A stretch of DNA of 64,000 nt, from NCBI GenBank assembly GCA_965217115.1, contig OZ244239.1, forward strand, positions 736,001 to 800,000. The letters run 5' to 3'. The notes under the pieces were generated by a model, which saw nothing but the letters and a program-made list of their open reading frames with translations, was not told where the DNA came from and searched no databases. Numbering within the stretch: position 1 is the first letter of the stretch; each line of letters starts with the position of its first letter. The translations under genes were made by a program, and so were the position numbers. The DNA is from Bdellovibrionales bacterium. Its GTDB lineage: Bacteria > Bdellovibrionota > Bdellovibrionia > Bdellovibrionales > CAYMLA01. Below, piece after piece: positions 19,813-28,536 of this stretch.

Positions 19813-20178
19813 ATGGAACTTATAAAATATATATTTGTGATAACTTTATTAACCTTTCTTTCCTCTTGTTCGAGTCTTCAGGAAGCCTATGTAACATCAA
19901 GCACTCCTGCAAGAATTGAAAGTAATGGTGAAACAGTCTGTAACTCAACACCTTGCCGAATAGGGTTAATAGGTTATTTTGACATTGGTGGTGACTGCCT
20001 GAGAGGTAGTGTTAATTTTTTAGAGGCATTCCCTTTGGGTGAAAGCAAAAGTAGCTCTTTTGTTCAATCAAAGAGAGTCTTCAGTAAGTGCTTGTCCATG
20101 GGGGAAGATCCTACGGATGAAAATAGCAAGAACATTTATTTTGATATGCAAAGTACCTATGGCATTAAAAATAAATAA
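19813..20178 (+). CDS. Cys-rich lipoprotein (PEGA-like start), cargo
   Basis: Lipobox LSSC; VTSSTPARIESNG..C..TPC. Confidence 0.7.
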   Translation: MELIKYIFVITLLTFLSSCSSLQEAYVTSSTPARIESNGETVCNSTPCRIGLIGYFDIGGDCLRGSVNFLEAFPLGESKSSSFVQSKRVFSKCLSMGEDPTDENSKNIYFDMQSTYGIKNK

Positions 20179-20184
20179 ATGTAA

Positions 20185-22659
20185 CTATGTCATCGCCTCA
20201 CTATTAGCAATCTTATACTCCATATCCGAAGGATAAACCCTAATCACAGCCCTATCATCACCCACAACCATAAAACTTTCTGAATACTCTCCCTTCTTAC
20301 TTTGCAAAGACGAAACTAGTGCTATTTCTTGTTTATTAAGTTTTAAGTTCTTTTGCAAAATATCTAAATCACCTTTTTGTATTAAAACAAATTTAGTAGC
20401 AGTGTTTCCTAAAATAGCCGAACCTATAGGGTGACTTGCAATTTCTTCTACCCCTTGAGTAATAAAAGTAATTCCACTTCCAGTTTTCCTTAAAGTTCTT
20501 ACGCAATACTCCATAAAGTGAGAACTACTTTTGCTTTTTAATAACTCCCAACATTCATCCATTAAAATTCGTTTTTTTCTTTTTTTAATATCCTCATTCC
20601 CTGACTCTATTTTTTCTAAAATAAAATCTGTAATAATTAAAATCATCACTGCTTGTAAGTCTGGATAACTAGACAAACCTTTTAAATCAAAAACCACAAA
20701 ATCACTTTCGATATTAAAACTATCTTTTTTATCTAATAACTGCCCGTAAGGGGTTTTACCAGTCCAAGAATAAAGCATTTTAGAAAACTGGTTTAAAGAG
20801 TCGTTACCCGCCCCCTTTAAAAGTTTTTTAAAATCAGAGAGTGTGGGGTTTTGCACAGTGCTGTATAAAATATTTATTTGTTCCTCAAGCAATGCTTTTT
20901 CAAGCTTGGGAAGTTTATCTCCCTCTTCATCTACTAATACACTTTCTAAAAGTGCCAGTAAAAACTTAATCTTTCTTGGGCTTGCTTCATTTTTTTCTTT
21001 GGCGCTTCCTCCAATGGAAAATGGGTTAATTGTAACTGAATTATATTCTTGATTGCTGGGTGGAGATACATCCACATACTGACCTCCCAAGGTTGTACAA
21101 AGTTTTTTATAACTTCCTCCAATATCTATAATAAAAGTCATAGGGTTTTCTTTTAAACTTTGTAGTAATATTAAATTATTTAAAAAACTCTTTCCTGCTC
21201 CGCTACTTCCTGTAACAAGGCTGTTAAAATTTAAAAGCTTTGGGTGAAAAGGGTCATAATTTACTAATGCTTTATGCCTGTTTCTAAAAAGACATAGGGG
21301 TTTATGATTTTTTCCTTCATAATTTGAATAAATTGGTAAAAAATCTGCTAAGTTATCAGTTTTCATTCTTTTAGGTCTTGATAAAGTTAAATTTGCCATA
21401 GGGATACAAGTTTTAAAAACTTTAAACGCCCCAAGGCTCTCCTCTAATCCCTCAGCAGAGTTTAAGTTTCTAAAATAGCTTAGAGCTTTTTTAGATTTTA
21501 AATTTAAGTGTTCTTGATTTTTATCTTTTATTTTAAGGCTAACTTGAGTTAAAAAAATCTTTTGTCCTGAGCTAATAACTTCTTTTAAAAGTTCTTCTGT
21601 GCTATCTACTTGAGATTTGCTTTCTAAATCCTGTACTCCTCCATTATGAGAGGCACTCATTGAGTGAGCCATTCGCCTTTTTGCTTGAATTAGTGAAATC
21701 TCTTTAGATTGGTCTGGCACTTTAATATGTAAAAACAAAGAATAGCTAAAGGGCATAGATAATAAATGAGATATAAATCCACTATGAGTATATTCTGGTA
21801 AAGTTTTTAAAGTTAAAATTCGATGAAAATAATTATCAAAAAAAATATCTTTATGACCGTGAATAATATCAGAAAATAATAACTGTTCAGTTGGTGAGGA
21901 GTGACTCAGTTCCGGCATAGCCTCAAGTTCTTCGGTGGTAAATTCTTGGTGCCTGTGACTGTTGCTTTCTACAGGGAGAGGGTTATCTTTTGCTCTTTCT
22001 GGGTTTAAAAATTGGTAAATTAATCTTAGAGTTTCTTTTTTGCTTAAATTTTTAGCACTTACTCCCACGCTTTCTAAATTTTCTGTAATAGATTTTGTTA
22101 AATTTAAAAGTTCTTTTAATTTTCCTTCATGTTCTTTTTTGCTTACAGATTGAAATTGAGACTTATTTTTAAAAAAATTTAATACACTGATTTTAGTTTG
22201 TGAACTTGGCCTTTTATAAACAAAAAGATAAATATCTTTTTTTAAAATATTTTCTTTTTTCATTTCTTCTTTTAAAAGAGTAATTCTATCTTTTGAAATT
22301 AAATTTATTGCTTTATTTTTAGAGGTGATATTTTCATGTTCCTTTATTAGATAGTTGTAGCTTGAATGAGTGTCTACAAAAAAACTAATTTCTAAACCGT
22401 CCTCTAGTCCATTTAAGAAAGAGCGGAGTTTTAAAGTTATGTTATTAACTTCGTCATCTTCTAAAGTTTCAGTGCTTATGCTGTTAAGTTTTAATGCTTT
22501 TGCTAAACTACCGTCAGAGAGTGCAATACAAGTATCTAAAAAATCCCAAAAAGGAAGTTCACTTGCTAAACTATGCTCTTTTTGAAACTCACTAAAATTT
22601 TGTAGCGGAGTTTTTGTTAGAATTAATTTTTGAGTTTGTTTTATTTTTAGAAAACTCAT
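20185..22659 (-). CDS. virB4: VirB4/TraC ATPase
   Basis: GSSGAGKS, IIDIGGSY, LMDECW, RTLRK..FITQ. Confidence 0.95.
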   Translation of the reverse strand: MSFLKIKQTQKLILTKTPLQNFSEFQKEHSLASELPFWDFLDTCIALSDGSLAKALKLNSISTETLEDDEVNNITLKLRSFLNGLEDGLEISFFVDTHSSYNYLIKEHENITSKNKAINLISKDRITLLKEEMKKENILKKDIYLFVYKRPSSQTKISVLNFFKNKSQFQSVSKKEHEGKLKELLNLTKSITENLESVGVSAKNLSKKETLRLIYQFLNPERAKDNPLPVESNSHRHQEFTTEELEAMPELSHSSPTEQLLFSDIIHGHKDIFFDNYFHRILTLKTLPEYTHSGFISHLLSMPFSYSLFLHIKVPDQSKEISLIQAKRRMAHSMSASHNGGVQDLESKSQVDSTEELLKEVISSGQKIFLTQVSLKIKDKNQEHLNLKSKKALSYFRNLNSAEGLEESLGAFKVFKTCIPMANLTLSRPKRMKTDNLADFLPIYSNYEGKNHKPLCLFRNRHKALVNYDPFHPKLLNFNSLVTGSSGAGKSFLNNLILLQSLKENPMTFIIDIGGSYKKLCTTLGGQYVDVSPPSNQEYNSVTINPFSIGGSAKEKNEASPRKIKFLLALLESVLVDEEGDKLPKLEKALLEEQINILYSTVQNPTLSDFKKLLKGAGNDSLNQFSKMLYSWTGKTPYGQLLDKKDSFNIESDFVVFDLKGLSSYPDLQAVMILIITDFILEKIESGNEDIKKRKKRILMDECWELLKSKSSSHFMEYCVRTLRKTGSGITFITQGVEEIASHPIGSAILGNTATKFVLIQKGDLDILQKNLKLNKQEIALVSSLQSKKGEYSESFMVVGDDRAVIRVYPSDMEYKIANSEAMT

Positions 22660-22984
22660 TTTTCTCTCCTTTGTAGCTAGCTACTGGGGAGTAGACTACA
22701 TAATTAATTTGAGAGAGATTAGCTGAGAATATATTTGGATTTACAAGGCTTGATAAATAATCACCTAAATAGCCGTCGGGTTTGTCTTTTTTTACAAAGT
22801 ATAAAACTATGGTCAAAATTAAAGTGCCAATCCAGACCAGTGGTAACTTAAGTGAAGTTTGGCCAAAAAGTAGATTGCTGATGGATAGGTATAGGAAAAT
22901 TAGAAGTAGGTCTAGTAATTCAAAGCCTAGTAGTTTTAGTTTGTTTTCGAGTGTGCGTGGCGTGGAGGATGTTAGTAGTGGCAT
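22592..22984 (-). CDS. VirB3/TraL-like small membrane protein
   Basis: Two TM segments, KPDGYL motif, directly upstream of virB4. Confidence 0.75.
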   Translation of the reverse strand: MPLLTSSTPRTLENKLKLLGFELLDLLLIFLYLSISNLLFGQTSLKLPLVWIGTLILTIVLYFVKKDKPDGYLGDYLSSLVNPNIFSANLSQINYVVYSPVASYKGEKNEFSKNKTNSKINSNKNSATKF

Positions 22985-23088
22985 TTTACCCCCTTGATAT
23001 AGTTTTAAAGTTAATACTGGTTAATTATTTCTAATACTATTACAATAGTACTAAAGAATAGTTAGGCAACAATATTTAGACAGGCAAT

Positions 23089-23580
23089 ATGAAAAATTTT
23101 CTATACAGAATCGCTAATAATTTAAAAAAACTGACGTGTACTTTTTTAAAATTTAAAAGAAAAAATCAATATTTTTCTTCTAAGTATTATAAAAAAAATC
23201 TGTTATTAACTAAAAATATCCCAGAGATACTTTCCTCTAGTCATAACTGTGCTCTTGTTGCGCTTCACTTTGTACTCTCTGATATATCTGAAAAAAAAAT
23301 ATTGGAGGCTTTTTATAATTGTTGTGACAAATGGCCTAGGGGTGGTGTCACTCACAAAGAGTTTAATATAGTGCTAAGATATTTAAACATCTATGAAAAG
23401 TTTCAATATCATGACAGTAATGCTAAAATTTCTAATTTTCAAAATATTAATAGCCCAATAATACTATTAATACCTGGGCACTTTACAACGATTTACAAAA
23501 ATCAAATATACGATCTATCTTGCTATAATCTGCCCCCAGAAACACATGTTTATCGTGCATGGGAATTACTTTCCACCTGA
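23089..23580 (+). CDS. Papain-fold (C39-like) cysteine peptidase
   Basis: HNCALVAL ... GGVT ... LLIPGHFTTI ... IYDL (candidate Cys-His-Asp); overlaps the ThiF gene 3' end by 15 bp. Confidence 0.65.
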   Translation: MKNFLYRIANNLKKLTCTFLKFKRKNQYFSSKYYKKNLLLTKNIPEILSSSHNCALVALHFVLSDISEKKILEAFYNCCDKWPRGGVTHKEFNIVLRYLNIYEKFQYHDSNAKISNFQNINSPIILLIPGHFTTIYKNQIYDLSCYNLPPETHVYRAWELLST

Positions 23581-24258
23581 CTGTGGAATATAATTTCTAT
23601 ATTCTTTGTTAGTATATGTAAACTTTGCTGATAGTGGGTTCTCCAAGTGATGTAATAACATATTAAACCCTACGCAGGTTGCCTCTAAAACTATAGACAT
23701 GTATGAACCATTATTCTCACCATAACCTTCTAAATCTTTTTCATCTAAATTAGTTTTAGTCATCCATCCGCAGGCATAGCCTGATGTTTTACTTTCGTAA
23801 TTAATTTTAACACCAATCACAAGATATTTGGAGTGAAAATTATTTCTTAATTCTTCACACATTAGCCTAATATTATTTTTATCAACAGCTATAATAGTGA
23901 CATCTGATTTTACCACTAAATCTCTTACTTCTTGTCTTTTATGATCACCCTTAGAGTATTCACCAAAACACCTGTCCATTGCTGTAATATTTACTCTTTT
24001 GTTGATGCTATATAAACGATCAGACAGGGCTTTGGCTTTATTTTTGCCAATATCAATGGCAGTGAATGGTGTACGATTGAGATTTTTTGACTCAATATTA
24101 TCTGCATCTATTAGAGATATTTTGGTAGCTCCAGATCTAACTAACATTTCCGCAAAATTGGTTCCAACACCTCCGCATCCAACTATGCAAAATTTTGTAT
24201 TATGAATTTTTTTAAATAATTCACAGCCAATTCCTAAAATTGTACTACGATTTTTCAC
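23566..24258 (-). CDS. ThiF/E1-like adenylyltransferase
   Basis: IVGCGGVG, LIDAD, NLNR, DIGKNKA, IIAVD...R; no CxxC zinc motifs. Confidence 0.93.
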   Translation of the reverse strand: MKNRSTILGIGCELFKKIHNTKFCIVGCGGVGTNFAEMLVRSGATKISLIDADNIESKNLNRTPFTAIDIGKNKAKALSDRLYSINKRVNITAMDRCFGEYSKGDHKRQEVRDLVVKSDVTIIAVDKNNIRLMCEELRNNFHSKYLVIGVKINYESKTSGYACGWMTKTNLDEKDLEGYGENNGSYMSIVLEATCVGFNMLLHHLENPLSAKFTYTNKEYRNYIPQSGGK

Positions 24259-24263
24259 GCCTG

Positions 24264-24638
24264 CTATTCCATTTGTGCAAATTGATATAATCCATCACAA
24301 AGGCTAATTATATCTGTTAATGAATAGTTCTCTGTATTAATTGAATATGGGTAATATTTTATATCTCTATGAGTAAAAATTGAATATCCAGCATTTGACT
24401 TAGGCTTGGTCTCGTCTGAAGTGTTTTTTATATCAGTAGATAACCAACACTTTCGGTCAAATGCATCACCACTATAAGATAAAGCAATCGAAAAATTTTT
24501 ACTCTCTTTGTTATTTGGATAATAATCTTTTAGTATAAATATATTCCCAGGGTTGTCTGAAATTACATCAGAAGGAACTAACTCATAATCTAAGGCATAT
24601 TTTTTTAAAATTGGCCTTAAAGTTTCATGAATTTCCAT
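24264..24638 (-). CDS. Hypothetical protein, possibly E2/UBC-like
   Basis: 5-bp gaps to both neighbours; size and IFILKDY..IALSY..YPYS pattern loosely recall prokaryotic E2 families; two Cys. The ORF is solid but the fold is an inference. Confidence 0.45.
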   Translation of the reverse strand: MEIHETLRPILKKYALDYELVPSDVISDNPGNIFILKDYYPNNKESKNFSIALSYSGDAFDRKCWLSTDIKNTSDETKPKSNAGYSIFTHRDIKYYPYSINTENYSLTDIISLCDGLYQFAQME

Positions 24639-24643
24639 TACTA

Positions 24644-25108
24644 TTATGACCCTGGTGGTATAGATGAATCATTTTTAGTGTCATCTTCCACTTTGGCTTT
24701 ATGGGCTGGGGCATCTTCTGGATTTTCCCATGTAACATCAGCACGGGGAATCTCTAATCTAACATTGTCTAGGCTGATTTTAACACTCTGCTCAGAAGAA
24801 AACCCTTCTCCGCCAACGGCCATAAGTTCATGATTACCAGCTTTGAGCCTCCAATACCATTCTTGATTTTTTGAGCTTTGAAAATATTCAAATCTATATC
24901 CTTTATCAATATCCCCAACACTTTCATCTTGGTGAATAGGGGTCTTTGCATTAACTTTGTCTTGGAGGGTCTTAATAGACCTAGTAATAGATGTTTTTAC
25001 AAAAGCTTCTTCACTTTTTGCAATATTTTTATTGTTATCGTCAATTAATCTCCACCTCCAAGATTCTTCTTTTCCGCTATCATCCATATAAATTTGAAAT
25101 TTTGACAT
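24644..25108 (-). CDS. Tandem DUF1508/YegP-like protein with C-terminal tail ending IPPGS (start probably ATG 25108)
   Basis: Two repeats: FQIY..WRWRL..NNKNIAKSEE and FEYF..WYWRLKAGNHELMAVGGEGF; AAGGAG RBS. Confidence 0.85.
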   Translation of the reverse strand: MSKFQIYMDDSGKEESWRWRLIDDNNKNIAKSEEAFVKTSITRSIKTLQDKVNAKTPIHQDESVGDIDKGYRFEYFQSSKNQEWYWRLKAGNHELMAVGGEGFSSEQSVKISLDNVRLEIPRADVTWENPEDAPAHKAKVEDDTKNDSSIPPGS

Positions 25109-25209
25109 AAAGTTCTCCTTTTTAAATTTCTGCAAGAAAGATGATGTCACATTGGTAAAAGTCAAGATGCATCAATGAATAAATCTGAAAAATACTCTTC
25201 AAGTCTACC

Positions 25210-25506
25210 TCAATGCACACTCAAGCTAATAAAGTCAATAATACTCTGAGCCCCAAACCCAATCGCCGAGCCTGCTAAGGCGTAAATGACATGCTGTTTA
25301 GCATTGGGGTTTCCAGTAATAAAACTAAAAGTTGCAATCACTAAGCCAATAACTGCCACCAGTGGCAACACCAAGCCCGTAAGCCGAGATTTAATACTCA
25401 GCAAAGACGACTCCAAGCTTGCCATGGCTGGCTCTTGAAAGAGCAGAGAAACTGCTCCAACAAGAAAAATAAACATTAATAATTTATTATTTTTAAACAT
25501 ATTCAC
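25210..25506 (-). CDS. virB2: VirB2/TrbC pilin
   Basis: Long signal ending EPAMA, two hydrophobic helices, FGAQSII. Confidence 0.88.
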   Translation of the reverse strand: MNMFKNNKLLMFIFLVGAVSLLFQEPAMASLESSLLSIKSRLTGLVLPLVAVIGLVIATFSFITGNPNAKQHVIYALAGSAIGFGAQSIIDFISLSVH

Positions 25507-25984
25507 CCCTTTGGTTTTGTTCGTTACTTACAGCTCTATTTTGTGAAATTCGTTCAAGAGTAGGTTCAAGTTTCATGTAAACATCATCGGTGCTAAAAAA
25601 ATCCCAATCTAATTGCATTAAACCTTGGTTTTGTCCCATTAAAATTTTTCCCTCTCCAACGCTGTTCCAGTAATATTTTTTTTCTGGATTTAAAGAAGGC
25701 TCTCTTGTTAAAATTACATATTCATGTTTTTGAGGATTACGATTTTCTGGTAATAGAAAAAATCTTTCACCAAGTAAACTTTTAATAAATACATGATAAG
25801 TATTTGAGCCTTCAAAAAGTCGAGCTTGCCCAAGTGTACGCTTTCTAGTAACTACTCCACCGTCACCAGCGATACCTTTAAAGATTTCATAAACTTTGCT
25901 TTTCACTTTTGCTTCACCGCTAGAAAGCCCTTGTTTTGAAAAATTATTTTTTACAAGATCTAAATAATTTTTTTGTTCTGTCAT
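25493..25984 (-). CDS. Hypothetical ICE backbone protein
   Basis: AAGGAG RBS; operonic with virB2. Confidence 0.7.
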   Translation of the reverse strand: MTEQKNYLDLVKNNFSKQGLSSGEAKVKSKVYEIFKGIAGDGGVVTRKRTLGQARLFEGSNTYHVFIKSLLGERFFLLPENRNPQKHEYVILTREPSLNPEKKYYWNSVGEGKILMGQNQGLMQLDWDFFSTDDVYMKLEPTLERISQNRAVSNEQNQRGEYV

Positions 25985-26005
25985 ATTTGTACTCCTTGAC
26001 TTAAT

Positions 26006-26251
26006 TTAAGCCACAGTTTGTTTTAAAATTTCTTCTAAGTTACCTGATAGATTTTTCCGAAGGTGGTTTATAGTGTCGCCAATTAGTGCATAAGCTTCCT
26101 CCCATGATAATTTTAGCATTTCTGCAATTTCTTCAACACTCATCTCCTCCCAAAAACGATAGTGAATAGCTAGTCTTTGGTTTTTATCTAATAAAGCTAA
26201 TTCTAGTTTAAGCTTTTTAAACATATTTTCTGAAAATTTTTGTCTTTTCAT
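26006..26251 (-). CDS. Stand-alone sigma-70 region 4 HTH protein
   Basis: LDKNQRLAIHYRFWEEMSVEEIAEML. Confidence 0.8.
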   Translation of the reverse strand: MKRQKFSENMFKKLKLELALLDKNQRLAIHYRFWEEMSVEEIAEMLKLSWEEAYALIGDTINHLRKNLSGNLEEILKQTVA

Positions 26252-26278
26252 ACAGCTCCTTTTTTATTTTTAACATTT

Positions 26279-26800
26279 TTATGCAATTTTATTTTTTTGC
26301 TTTTCTGGTTTTTTAAAATAACTATTTCTTGAGCAATTAAGATTTTTTGGAAACTGAAAAATCAATTTTTTCATAACTCCTCCCCCTACTATAGGGAATT
26401 TGGTCCCCATTTTTGGCCCCAAAAGCTTTCTAAGTTTCTGTAAGGACTGGTGTTTTATGTTCCTCACAGATGAACGAGAAATCTTCATTTTCTCAGCAAT
26501 TTGTCTTTGCGTAAGTCCCTCATAAAAAGTTAGTTTAATAACAATTTTTTGCTTGTGAGTGAGTTTGTTAATAGCCTTGGCACAAATCTTTTTTAAATTT
26601 ATTTTCTCTGCCAAAGCTTTCTCTTCTTCTTTCCATATTCCAGAATCTTCTGAAATGAGTTCATCAAAATTTTCTGGAAGTAGATCTTCTTTAATTACTT
26701 TAGATTCATTTTCATCTAAATACTCTGCCCACTGCTTTGCTGTCCAAGATTTAGATTGTTTTAAAAGTTGTGCTTTTTTTTCTTTAGTTAGTTGTTCCAT
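26279..26800 (-). CDS. Sigma-70 region 4 containing regulator
   Basis: LTHKQKIVIKLTFYEGLTQRQIAEKMKISRSSV. Confidence 0.85.
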   Translation of the reverse strand: MEQLTKEKKAQLLKQSKSWTAKQWAEYLDENESKVIKEDLLPENFDELISEDSGIWKEEEKALAEKINLKKICAKAINKLTHKQKIVIKLTFYEGLTQRQIAEKMKISRSSVRNIKHQSLQKLRKLLGPKMGTKFPIVGGGVMKKLIFQFPKNLNCSRNSYFKKPEKQKNKIA

Positions 26801-26916
26801 ATTTTATTACTCCCTTACTATTTTTTTTAAACTAGTTTTTTCTTTGGTCGTAATATTGTATTAAAAGTATTTTTTAAACACTCGCAAGGGGAAATCACTT
26901 TGCAATGTTAAAAACA

Positions 26917-27178
26917 TTCCAGCCTTGGAAGAATTTAATAAAATAGTTTCCAGAGTGGGAAGCATTCTTGGTTTTTTTTTAAATAGTTTCCAGGGTTGGA
27001 AAGATTGAAGTGTTTTTAAATAAAATGTTTCCAGAGCTGGAAACAAAAAAAATATTTTACAAAAACAAAGAATAAAATTATTTATAAAAAGGCATTAAAT
27101 ATCACTTTTCTCCCTCTATGAGATTTAAAGCACTTTAAAATTGTAAAAACTTCACTAGTTTCCAGAGCTGGAAACTAT
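26917..27178. promoter_or_regulatory. Five copies of palindromic TTCCAG-NN-YKGGAA operator-like site
   Basis: TTCC at 26917, 26948, 26988, 27029 and 27160; best copy TAGTTTCCAGAGCTGGAAACTA. Confidence 0.85.
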
Positions 27179-27239
27179 TTTAAGCCCTAAACTACCAGAT
27201 AAAGGCTGTTTATGCTAATTTACTTTATGTAGTAGGAGA

Positions 27240-28049
27240 ATGTATATGGATAACTTAAATTTAGTACGAAATAGCTTTATACCAGAGAGTTCTGTTGCAA
27301 GTAAAAAAGAAAAAATAATTTTAGAGTTAAAAGTTTTTTTAAAACACTATCTAGAAAAAAACCCAAACATCACAGCCAATGCTTTTTGCTCAAAAAATGG
27401 TTTATCTTCATCAACGGTAAATAACTTACTCTCAGGTGTTACAAAAAAATCTATCACCTCAGAGGTGGCAAGAAAAATAATGTGTGGAATTAACAGGGGA
27501 AAACCTGTTGGGTATATTCTGCGTGATACCCGTGGAGAATTGGGAAATTTTTTAAGAGAAAGGTATGCGTCTTTGATTAATTCAGATATTGAAGCTTCAG
27601 CTAATAAAAGTATGAACCGAAGCTTAAAAACAAAAAATGCACGGCTTGTAATGATGTTGGCACACAATAAAGGTGGCACAACTAGAGAAGAAATTGCTAA
27701 AACTTTAGATGGCTTTGCTTTAAAAACTTTAGATAAAATGATTGAAGACAAAGTTTTGTGCGAAGATGTTCATGGAAAAATAAAAGGACTCTCTGAAAAT
27801 GTTTATCTTGATAATGAAACCACCAAGGAACTTATTCAGGAGGTTAATTATTTTGCAAAACCTTCTGAAACTCCCGATAGTCAAATTAAACTATTCTGGG
27901 GAAAACTTTCTCCTGAAAAATTACAAAAACAAAAAGAGCTTTCTCTAGCTTTTATAAAAAGCATGAGAGAAATCTATAAAGATGAAGACGAAAATGGCGA
28001 GCCATCATTTTTAACTTTAACAGCGGATATTTTTAAACAACCAAAATAA
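27240..28049 (+). CDS. XRE-like HTH regulator (TIGR02147/DUF4423-like architecture)
   Basis: YLEKNPNITANAFCSKNGLSSSTVNNLLSG, second wHTH, ArsR-like C-terminal helix-strand. Confidence 0.7.
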   Translation: MYMDNLNLVRNSFIPESSVASKKEKIILELKVFLKHYLEKNPNITANAFCSKNGLSSSTVNNLLSGVTKKSITSEVARKIMCGINRGKPVGYILRDTRGELGNFLRERYASLINSDIEASANKSMNRSLKTKNARLVMMLAHNKGGTTREEIAKTLDGFALKTLDKMIEDKVLCEDVHGKIKGLSENVYLDNETTKELIQEVNYFAKPSETPDSQIKLFWGKLSPEKLQKQKELSLAFIKSMREIYKDEDENGEPSFLTLTADIFKQPK

Positions 28050-28077
28050 GGATTTGTAAAAAACAAAGAGGTATAAA

Positions 28078-28536
28078 ATGACACATAAATTATTAATTAT
28101 ATTATTAACTCTTCAAGGTGGATTTATTTTTGCCGAAGCTAATAAAGCAGAAATAAATAGAGCTATAGTATTAGAATACTGCATGGAAGTTACTGAATCT
28201 GATGAACTTTGTAAAAAAGCTCGGCCACTTATTATTGGTGGTGAGGGCGGAGGAACTCCTCCTGCTGGAACTAAATTTACTCAAAAGAATGCCTTGGCTA
28301 AAGTTAATAATTTTTTTAGCAAAAAAGAGCTTGGGCAAATAGCTTTAAAAGAATTAACTGGGTTAGACTTAACAGACATGAATGGATTAAATAAAATGTT
28401 TTTTAAATCTTGCTTGAAAAAGGCCTGTGGCTTTAATAATAGCTTTGCTGAAAAAAACTTGTTGCAGAATGCTTTGGTTTTCAGTGGTGCAGAATTTGGT
28501 TTTGAGGGTATGCTTGGTGGAGAAGGTGGGAATTAA
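28078..28536 (+). CDS. Secreted hypothetical protein with two GGEGG motifs
   Basis: Signal peptide; IIGGEGGG and C-terminal MLGGEGGN. Confidence 0.7.
   Translation: MTHKLLIILLTLQGGFIFAEANKAEINRAIVLEYCMEVTESDELCKKARPLIIGGEGGGTPPAGTKFTQKNALAKVNNFFSKKELGQIALKELTGLDLTDMNGLNKMFFKSCLKKACGFNNSFAEKNLLQNALVFSGAEFGFEGMLGGEGGN

Noticed and set aside
19813..20178. Lipoprotein as VirB7 or entry-exclusion protein
   Set aside because: Antisense to the tra genes with no supporting motif; not excluded but unsupported.
23566..24258. ThiF as thiamine/molybdopterin enzyme or MccB microcin synthetase
   Set aside because: No ThiS/MoaD or cofactor genes nearby, no CxxC motifs, no MccB N-terminal domain and no adjacent Asn-terminated peptide.
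26917..27178. Spaced palindromes as a mini-CRISPR, and ORF 26861-27046
   Set aside because: Repeats are only 14 bp, degenerate and irregularly spaced; the ORF is a by-product of the repeats.
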